Positions 56,458 to 64,000 of a stretch of DNA of 64,000 nucleotides are shown here, in pieces. The notes beneath the pieces were generated by a model. The model was not told where the DNA came from, ran no database searches, and saw nothing but the letters and a program-made list of their open reading frames with translations. The position numbers and the translations under genes were made by a program. This DNA is from a candidate division WWE3 bacterium (lineage in GTDB: Bacteria; Patescibacteriota; 4484-211; GCA-002791395): NCBI GenBank assembly GCA_013335095.1, contig JAAXWF010000001.1:22797-86796 (forward strand), read 5' to 3'. Positions within the stretch are counted from its first letter, which is position 1; each line of letters begins with the position of its first letter.

Positions 56458-58478
56458 TCAATACAAACGTCATCTCCATTCGCAAAAACACTTAGAGCAT
56501 ATGGAATAACAGCAACTGGTGTATTATTCTCCCGTGCAATTATCGCCAGATGGCAAAGAACTGGTCCTGATTCAACAATAAAACCGCGGACTTTTCCGAC
56601 TAAAACGCTTAGAGCTGTATAGGGAAATTTAGACACAATAATAAGGTCGCTACTGCTGTCTGTTTGCTCCATTAGTTCACGAATCTCGACGTTTGATTCA
56701 AGAGTCGGCAGATGACCACTAATGTTTAGCGTTGGACCTGACGAGATGTATTCAAGCTTCTGTAAATCGTCGATCCGTAAAACTCGCCCCGCTAATTTTC
56801 CAGGACTAATAAAAACGGTAGAAGTTTGTGAATTCACTGTAGGCGATGAATCTTCGGTATTTGGCGTATTATCAATATATATAGGATCGCCATCAATAAT
56901 AGTCCATTCCAATATATTATTTTCGAAATGCTCGTTAACCGCTTTATTAAAAGAGGCAATCTTCAATAATGCTTCATGATTTACTTCAGTCATTGAATCT
57001 TCGGCAAGCTCCTGAAATGAGAATGACTTGGTATTTTCATCAAATCCGTAATAACGATTACTAATTAACGATCCACTCGCCCTTGTTACGGTACTATTCG
57101 ATAGGTCGATGTAATAACTTTCGGTCTCAACAAATCCACGATTTATACCAATGAGACTACCGCGACAGACTTCGACTAAATAAGCATCCCCTCGTTGCAT
57201 AGAAACCGCCGAGAATTGCCCTGATGCGAATTCACGAATAATCATAGGAATCGGTTTATTCGATGAGCGAATAAGTGTATGTATAACGTTATTGAGTTCT
57301 CCCCGTTGGGCATAAAAAGAACGCAAATGTGGTCCCAAATCAATGGTGAGGATTGGTGTCTTTAGCCGAGATAATGACGGAATCTGCTCGATATCCATTT
57401 GTGAAACGCCCCGCTGATTAGCAATGACAACCGCAGAACCATTTATCGAAATATCATTTTCAATCGCAAATATTCGTATAGGTTTTCGTTTAGATATACT
57501 ATGCCCATAAATTGGTTTAATCGACCCGATATTTTCTTCATCAATAAGGTTGGACTGTTGGTATAGATCAAATACTTTCAACACAGCTTGACTGGTATTG
57601 GCATGAGATTGTGTATGTTGTGTAGTTATCGGACGCGTCTGTAGCACATAAAACGTAGTACCTGCATATGCCCATTCGTATTCCATCTCCATGTTAAACG
57701 TATTCTTAAAAAGCTCGGCTGTCTCTAGCAACTGTTGGATTAATGTGTTTTCAAGATCATGTCGGCTAAGTAGATATTCGTGGGTTTGTTCATTTTTTAT
57801 AGCTGTAATAGATTGTGATGTACCCGTCCCCGATTCGATTCCATCAGATCCATCTTTTGTGTATTCGATAAATATTCCTCCGGTATTATTAACCGGATCG
57901 GTTGAGAAACAAACCCCCGAGAGTGACGGCCTTATGTACTGCTGGATGATTAGGCCAGGTAACGGGCTTATCTGAAATTCATTAATTCGAAGGCGATGGG
58001 CCAAGGCGGCCAATGAAAATGATGCTTTCCAACAGTGAACAATAGCTTCTTCAAGTCCTATCGGGTCTTGTATTCCGGATACGCTCTCATATATACCAGC
58101 TCCCGATGCGGCCTCGCCATCTTCAAAACAACTAGATGATCGAACGATCAGTGGAATTTTCCACCCTTTGGACAATCTTTCGGCTTCAGTAATCAGTTGA
58201 GTTCTAAGATCATCGTTAAATTGAATTCCATCAAGCGCCTGCATTATCGACTGCTGCATTTTATTCAACTGGTATCCACCATTCGATTTAAGCATGGTCA
58301 AATATCCCTGAATATCTTGTTTGGATTTTCTATCTAAAGAGTCTTCAAATGAAGTGTTGTTTAATGCGAATGCGGCTGGAACATGCACCAAGGAATTAAT
58401 TTGTGAAAGTTTGAAAAATTTGTTGCCAACTAGTTCTTGAGCACCTTCGCCCAAGGGTGTTACGTATGAGATACTCAC
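56454..58478 (-). CDS. PEP-synthase/dikinase-like phosphotransferase with C-terminal phospho-His domain
   Basis: GNK, VRSS..ED, AGIYES, SGVCFS.DP, EWA..LQTRPIT; GPVLCHLAIIARE. Confidence 0.85.
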   Translation of the reverse strand: MSISYVTPLGEGAQELVGNKFFKLSQINSLVHVPAAFALNNTSFEDSLDRKSKQDIQGYLTMLKSNGGYQLNKMQQSIMQALDGIQFNDDLRTQLITEAERLSKGWKIPLIVRSSSCFEDGEAASGAGIYESVSGIQDPIGLEEAIVHCWKASFSLAALAHRLRINEFQISPLPGLIIQQYIRPSLSGVCFSTDPVNNTGGIFIEYTKDGSDGIESGTGTSQSITAIKNEQTHEYLLSRHDLENTLIQQLLETAELFKNTFNMEMEYEWAYAGTTFYVLQTRPITTQHTQSHANTSQAVLKVFDLYQQSNLIDEENIGSIKPIYGHSISKRKPIRIFAIENDISINGSAVVIANQRGVSQMDIEQIPSLSRLKTPILTIDLGPHLRSFYAQRGELNNVIHTLIRSSNKPIPMIIREFASGQFSAVSMQRGDAYLVEVCRGSLIGINRGFVETESYYIDLSNSTVTRASGSLISNRYYGFDENTKSFSFQELAEDSMTEVNHEALLKIASFNKAVNEHFENNILEWTIIDGDPIYIDNTPNTEDSSPTVNSQTSTVFISPGKLAGRVLRIDDLQKLEYISSGPTLNISGHLPTLESNVEIRELMEQTDSSSDLIIVSKFPYTALSVLVGKVRGFIVESGPVLCHLAIIARENNTPVAVIPYALSVFANGDDVCIE

Positions 58479-58617
58479 CTTATATGGAATATACCACAAC
58501 TTTTCAACCGCGCAAGATGGTATTAATGCAATATGAATGAATTTAGCTACTATTAACCACACGCCCACAAAACTAGCAGTACTAACGGAAAATATGTTAT
58601 CTTAATAATTAGCCTTA

Positions 58618-60000
58618 TTGAGTATGCATACAATACCACACACCGCCTCGGGTATGAGTAATGAAAGCGCTCCGAATTCTCCCCATGTTGAACTCGCCAA
58701 ACATCATGCCAAGCGAAAAGGATTTGGTCGTTTTTTAAATATTCTAGGCCCGGGTCTTGTAAGTGGTGCAGCCGATGATGACCCCTCGGGTATCGCAACG
58801 TATTCACAAGCTGGCGCAATGTATGGATTTAGTTTTTTGTGGGCTTTTCCTTTAATGTACCCACTCCTTTTGGCAGTCCAAGAATCTTGTTCACGAATAG
58901 GTGCGGTGACTGGTAAAGGATTAGCTGCGGTACTAAAAGAAAACTACAGCAAATGGGTTTTATATCTTGCGGTGGCACTCGTATTTGTTGCCAATACTAT
59001 TAACATCGGCTCGGATTTAGGTGCAATGGCAGCAGCGATGCAATTAATTATCCCGGTGCCTTTCTTTGTATTGGTTATACTCTTTGCGGTAATAATCGTG
59101 TTACTTGAAGTGCTTATTCCGTATACAATGTATGCCAAGATCTTAAAATGGCTGGCGATAACTCTGTTTGCGTATCCGATTACGGCGTTTCTAGTCGGGC
59201 AAGATTGGAAGATTATTTTTTATGAGACTTTTTCTTTTCGACCGACGATCAATTTTGAAACAGCCTATATCTTAGTTGGGATATTTGGTACAACGGTTTC
59301 TCCATATCTTTTTTTCTGGGATACCTCCGAAGTAGTCGAAGAAGAGATTGCCCAACACCGACTTAATAAATCCGGAGGATCTCCTCGAATTTCACATAGA
59401 TTTTTGAATGATCTGCAGATCGATAATTTTGTTGGTATGACCCTAGCAAGCGTTACCGCATGGTTTATCGTGATTGTGTGTGGTTCGGTTCTATTTTCTC
59501 ATGGTATTACCGAGATTAATTCTGCGGCCGATGCAGCGCTCGCTTTAGAGCCATTAGTTAGCCATTTTCCTAATGCTGGCTTGATTGCAAAACTAATCTT
59601 TTCAATTGGAATCTTAGGTCTCGGTTTGTTGGCTATTCCAACGTTAGCCGGTTCAGCATCTTACGCGATCAGTGAGACGATGGGTTGGCGAGAAGGTTTG
59701 TATCGAAATGTTACAAAAGCACCGGGATTTTATGCTGTTATTATCGTTGCTACGTTTGTTGGATTACTTACAAACTTTATTGGGGTTGATCCGATCAAGG
59801 CTTTAGTTTTTACTGCGGTTTTTAATGGTATTGCTGCAATTCCCCTGCTTTTGATGATAGCGAGAGTTGGAAATAATCAAAAGATTATGGGTGAGTATAA
59901 GAATGGTATGGTTTCGAATATTTTTGTTCGTTTAGCATTTGTCTGTATGACCGTAGCGGTCCTTTTCCTTTTCTATACGGTTTTAGCGGGTAAGGCATGA
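58618..60000 (+). CDS. NRAMP-like divalent metal transporter (start uncertain)
   Basis: GPGL..GAADDDPSGIATYSQAGA, GTTVSPY. Confidence 0.92.
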   Translation: MSMHTIPHTASGMSNESAPNSPHVELAKHHAKRKGFGRFLNILGPGLVSGAADDDPSGIATYSQAGAMYGFSFLWAFPLMYPLLLAVQESCSRIGAVTGKGLAAVLKENYSKWVLYLAVALVFVANTINIGSDLGAMAAAMQLIIPVPFFVLVILFAVIIVLLEVLIPYTMYAKILKWLAITLFAYPITAFLVGQDWKIIFYETFSFRPTINFETAYILVGIFGTTVSPYLFFWDTSEVVEEEIAQHRLNKSGGSPRISHRFLNDLQIDNFVGMTLASVTAWFIVIVCGSVLFSHGITEINSAADAALALEPLVSHFPNAGLIAKLIFSIGILGLGLLAIPTLAGSASYAISETMGWREGLYRNVTKAPGFYAVIIVATFVGLLTNFIGVDPIKALVFTAVFNGIAAIPLLLMIARVGNNQKIMGEYKNGMVSNIFVRLAFVCMTVAVLFLFYTVLAGKA

Positions 60001-60070
60001 TGATTTGCTGATTGAAAATATATGTATTATGATATAGCATCATAGAGTACGTTTAGTTCAATTAAGACTT

Positions 60071-60805
60071 ATGGCAAATAAAAATGGATTTAGCGCAATC
60101 GAGATTTTAGCAATTATTTTAATCATCTCCCTCGTGGCTGGTGGTATTTATGTATTGAACTCAAATAGAGAGAATGATGATACGGTCATACCCACTCCTA
60201 CTCAACCAATAACTACAACAAGTCCCTCTGCAACAGTCGCTCCGACTGATGAATACAGCAACTGGGAAACATACACCAATCCAACATATGGATTCTCATT
60301 TAAGTATCCTAAGGATGAAATATTTATTAGTGAAAATACTCAGCATTACAGTGGTAAAGATATTCAAATCACCATAATATCTAAAGATTTTGATTCACAA
60401 ATACAAAATGGAGTAGATTTACCAACCGCAGCAATTGGTCATATTGATATTTTCTCAACACTCGATAAAACGTTATTTGCGCATCAATTTTGGAACTCTC
60501 CTAAAGATTTTTTCAATACATTACAATCATTGCCATTGAATCAACCCGAAATATTAGATAGCGATTTGGATATTAGCTTTGTGGAATACACAAAACAATC
60601 CGAAGGGATATTACAAAATCGCCCGGTTATCACGCTTTCAGCTAAACCAACAAAAAAATCTGCAACTGACGGATACTCAAGTTATTTTACCTACATTCTT
60701 GACGCGGATCGATTAATTGTTTTATCGGACCAACCGAATACCGATCCGGAACACAACCTTTCCTTATTCAAAAGGATAGCAACCTCGTTTACATTTTCAA
60801 ACTAA
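60071..60805 (+). CDS. Prepilin-like anchored protein with PT linker and PsbP-like domain
   Basis: KNGFSAIEIL; WETYTN..YGFSFKYP; ends SFTF. Confidence 0.8.
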   Translation: MANKNGFSAIEILAIILIISLVAGGIYVLNSNRENDDTVIPTPTQPITTTSPSATVAPTDEYSNWETYTNPTYGFSFKYPKDEIFISENTQHYSGKDIQITIISKDFDSQIQNGVDLPTAAIGHIDIFSTLDKTLFAHQFWNSPKDFFNTLQSLPLNQPEILDSDLDISFVEYTKQSEGILQNRPVITLSAKPTKKSATDGYSSYFTYILDADRLIVLSDQPNTDPEHNLSLFKRIATSFTFSN

Positions 60806-60880
60806 CCCATTGATATATAGCTTTATATATTATATACTATTTCAGTCCTGCGAATAATAGGATTACGTAAGGAGGCTGCG

Positions 60881-63355
60881 ATGTGGTCACTAAAGAAGTG
60901 GAGCGGAAGAGTCGGTATGCTGCTTTTGGTGTGTCTGCAATTAATTGGGGCATTACCAAGCAATGCAGAAGATACCCTCTCTTTACAATGGCCTGTTAAG
61001 AATCATGTTCTGACAAAACCATTTCACCCGGATAGTGTACACAATGGGATCGACGTATCAAGCTCTGATACCGGCACAGTACTGGTGTTTGCCGCCCAAT
61101 CTGGAGATATTATAGCTGCAGGTTGGGATGACGTCGGATGCGGCGGAACAAAAGTAGAGTGGGAGCAAGATTCGACACCATCACAAAATTGCGGTGGTTA
61201 TCGAATCAAGATCAAACATGAGGTTTCGTCAGGCGTGTATATGTACACGTTATACGCACACCTCGAAGAAGGAAGTTATAGAACTTCCGGCCATGTCGCC
61301 CAAGGTGAAGAAATTGGAATAATGGCCTGCACAGGGACATGCACTGGAAAACATGTCCATTTTTCGCTGATGACCGGTCCTTTGCTTTCTTCAGCAATCG
61401 ACCCAGCAGGCTACATGTCTGGAGCTGAACCATCTGGTCAATCAGCAAACGCGTTACCTCGGCTAGATAGTGACGTTGTAGTGACCCCAGCACCATTGGT
61501 TGGTCCGGGGAGCTTCAATTTCACCTTCTGGCTAAAGAACACGGGGACAACGGAATTCTCTATTGGCGATGCCCTAATATCAGGAACATCAGCTAATAGT
61601 AATACGTGGAACGCAGGTTGGTCTGGTACATTAACAATACCGCCTGGAGAGCGACGAAACATACAGCTCTCCGGCATGGCTTATGACAACGATTTCGGTA
61701 CGTGGATAATACGGAAAGAAGTCGTAGTCAGGAAGCAAGGAACCACAGATTGGTATCCGATACTCCTAGGAGATTTCGCATTTCCTTCGAGCTTTATGCA
61801 CCAAGATCCCACGATTCCGCCTGTTATGGATAGTGACGTCAGTGTCTACCCAACACAGGCTTGGAGCGGCGGTTCGTATAGCTTTAAGTTCTTCCTTCGC
61901 AACCCGGATTCACATACCTTTGATGCAGAAGAGATCTACATCGAAGGGCATTCTGCATCGGGCGGACTTTGGAAGATGAACGCACAACCGCAAGTGATCC
62001 CAGCTGGTCAGCGTCGAGAATTTATCGCTACGCTACAACTACCAGCTAATGATCCCGGCACATGGCCTGTCACCAAGCTCATCCAAATCAAAAAAAGAGG
62101 CGGAGGCTGGTATACGATCAATCAAGGATCATTCGGATTTCCGGCTGAGTTCTATGTCCGCCCAATGGACACAACTGTTCCGGTAATCTCACTCACGGCA
62201 CCAGGAAATAACTACCAATACACGTACGAAATCCTAACGACCGCAACCGCAAGTGATCCTGAATCTGGAATTCAAGGAGTTGAATTCCATTTCAAGATTG
62301 ATGGAACATGGCGGCTGATGTACACCGATACAAACCCTGCAGATGGATTTTCATACCATTTCCCGGGTAACAGCTATGGACCTCAATCTGATCTGCAAAT
62401 AGTTGCATGGGCAATAAACAATGCAGGTCGACGAACGCAGTCTGGCGCATTCACTGGCATCACGAATATAGATACAACACCGCCCTACAATGTCTCAGTA
62501 TCTGGCGTGAATAATGGTCAAACATTCGCCGGTGATTGGATCAATGTGCAGGGAGCCGCAACAGATAATGTCGGGGTCAGCTATATGACCTTCCATCTGG
62601 GGTATCCAGGTGGACGCATCGATGTAACCGACAATACCCCGAACGATGGTTGGTCAGCGAGGTTTAATATCCGTGATCTGCCCAACATGACCGGGATGTA
62701 TATTGATGCACATGCGTCGGACGGCCACAACGCACCAACAGCATCTGGTGCGATCACGAACCTCGCAACCGCACGAACGTGCCCATGTTTCGTCAATTTA
62801 CGATCTGGCCAAGGATTTGACACCCAAGTCGATGCGGTAGTCAATATCCCTTCCAACGTGAATTGGTTAAACCTATACCTAACACCTCAGGGTCAAGGAT
62901 TTAGAGGTGTAGGAGCAACGCGAGGCAGTGACGGACTCTGGCGGGCAAGCTGGAATGTGTCAGATTTACCTGAAGGCCAGGTACTTATGATCGATGGATG
63001 GATTGGCTACCCAAGCGGTAATGTCCAGACGCCGGTACTAACCGGAATGGTCATAGACCGAAGCAATCCGACCATGCATTTAACTGGCCCCGGAGAATCG
63101 GCAACATTCAACAGCACACTAACGGTTACTGCAGCACCCCAAGATGCAGTAAGCGGAATCGATCGAGTTACATTCTACTTAGCCTGGCCGGGCAATAGTA
63201 TTGCCTTAACGGACTGGGATGGATCAGATGGCTGGGCGCAGACATTCGATACTTCAGTACTTGCCCCAGGAAGTTATCGAATAGACGCATGGACATATGA
63301 TAGAGCCGGGAGAGGGGGTCATGCTCCTGAGGTTTGGTGGTTAACGAAGAATTGA
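60881..63355 (+). CDS. Secreted M23 metallopeptidase with repeated Ig-like domains
   Basis: Signal peptide, HNGID, YAHL, HVHF; repeated DSDV and DT..P modules; AAGGAGG SD. Confidence 0.85.
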   Translation: MWSLKKWSGRVGMLLLVCLQLIGALPSNAEDTLSLQWPVKNHVLTKPFHPDSVHNGIDVSSSDTGTVLVFAAQSGDIIAAGWDDVGCGGTKVEWEQDSTPSQNCGGYRIKIKHEVSSGVYMYTLYAHLEEGSYRTSGHVAQGEEIGIMACTGTCTGKHVHFSLMTGPLLSSAIDPAGYMSGAEPSGQSANALPRLDSDVVVTPAPLVGPGSFNFTFWLKNTGTTEFSIGDALISGTSANSNTWNAGWSGTLTIPPGERRNIQLSGMAYDNDFGTWIIRKEVVVRKQGTTDWYPILLGDFAFPSSFMHQDPTIPPVMDSDVSVYPTQAWSGGSYSFKFFLRNPDSHTFDAEEIYIEGHSASGGLWKMNAQPQVIPAGQRREFIATLQLPANDPGTWPVTKLIQIKKRGGGWYTINQGSFGFPAEFYVRPMDTTVPVISLTAPGNNYQYTYEILTTATASDPESGIQGVEFHFKIDGTWRLMYTDTNPADGFSYHFPGNSYGPQSDLQIVAWAINNAGRRTQSGAFTGITNIDTTPPYNVSVSGVNNGQTFAGDWINVQGAATDNVGVSYMTFHLGYPGGRIDVTDNTPNDGWSARFNIRDLPNMTGMYIDAHASDGHNAPTASGAITNLATARTCPCFVNLRSGQGFDTQVDAVVNIPSNVNWLNLYLTPQGQGFRGVGATRGSDGLWRASWNVSDLPEGQVLMIDGWIGYPSGNVQTPVLTGMVIDRSNPTMHLTGPGESATFNSTLTVTAAPQDAVSGIDRVTFYLAWPGNSIALTDWDGSDGWAQTFDTSVLAPGSYRIDAWTYDRAGRGGHAPEVWWLTKN

Positions 63356-63440
63356 TACATCGCGTTAGGTGGGCCTCCCCCATCTAACGCATTTCTATAG
63401 AAATTATTATTTTATAATTTAATAGTAAGGTTACAAAACT

Positions 63441-63716
63441 ATGGCGAAAAAAAGAACAAATCCAAACCCACTGACCGTTATTCCTGGCGTAGGGAAATCG
63501 ATTGCACAGGATTTAAATCAGATTGGTATTACCGTCGTGAGCGATCTGGTTAATAAAGATGCCAACGAATTATATCGATTATCAAACCAACAGGCCGGTG
63601 TAATACAAGATCGGTGTTTGTTGTATGTGTTTCGTTGTGCTATTTATTATGCCGAAGGTGGTAACGATCCCGAAAAGTTAAAGTGGTGGAATTGGAAAGA
63701 TCTAGTACAGAACTAA
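63441..63716 (+). CDS. Helix-hairpin-helix protein (Cdd1/pathogenicity-locus-like)
   Basis: IPGVGKSIA.DL..IG, DRCLLYVFRCA, KWWNWKD. Confidence 0.85.
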   Translation: MAKKRTNPNPLTVIPGVGKSIAQDLNQIGITVVSDLVNKDANELYRLSNQQAGVIQDRCLLYVFRCAIYYAEGGNDPEKLKWWNWKDLVQN

Positions 63717-63738
63717 AAACCAAGTACAATAAATACAG

Positions 63739-64000
63739 ATGATGAAAAATGGCTTTGGTGTAATCGAAATTATCGTTGCAATATTTTTAGTTTCTCTCGT
63801 GGCTGGTGGTATTTATATATTGAACTCCAGTAGAGGTACTGATGATAGGGTCATACCGACTCCTACTCAACCAGTAACTACAACAACTCCATCTGCAACA
63901 GTCGCTCCGACAGATGATTACAGCAATTGGGAAACATACACCAATTCAACATATAGATTCTCATTTAAGTACCCTAAGGATGAGATATTTATTAGTGACG
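63739..64000 (+). CDS. Paralogue of 60071-60805 (5' part, runs off the window)
   Basis: Translates as MMKNGFGVIEIIV..SLVAGGIY.LNS..VIPTPTQP..NWETYTN.TY.FSFKYPKDEIFIS; absent from the ORF track. Confidence 0.85.
   Translation, partial: MMKNGFGVIEIIVAIFLVSLVAGGIYILNSSRGTDDRVIPTPTQPVTTTTPSATVAPTDDYSNWETYTNSTYRFSFKYPKDEIFISD

Overview
Bacterial chromosomal window with no rRNA, tRNA, CRISPR array or transposase/integrase that I can see. Gene content suggests a Patescibacteria/CPR (Microgenomates-like) genome; this is an inference from Pro/Thr-linker surface proteins, many dockerins, prepilin-like N-termini and apparently leaderless genes. Two gene populations are interleaved. (1) AT-rich genes, often with a -10 box a few nt before the start and no Shine-Dalgarno site: HIT, Maf, GyrI-like, histidine phosphatases, an OmpR/histidine kinase-GtrA-ArnT locus, NRAMP, lyases and others. 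(2) About 20 GC-rich orphan genes, mostly on the minus strand, each packaged with its own promoter, strong GGAGG SD and hairpin-U terminator. Several of these share a near-identical 22-nt terminator and a CCYATAG element next to the -35 box. Main candidate systems: (a) a ferric-reductase-like flavocytochrome flanked by two exported cytochrome-b5-like proteins (one LPxTG-type, one dockerin-bearing) and a cohesin-dockerin protein, linked to dockerin-bearing alginate-lyase-fold proteins; (b) a PspA/IM30-like cluster with a Clp ATPase whose first AAA module is degenerate, next to an Arg/Orn decarboxylase; (c) a conserved leader shared by two RRM paralogues; (d) a dikinase-like plus CYTH pair. All family calls come from motif recognition by eye, not from database searches.
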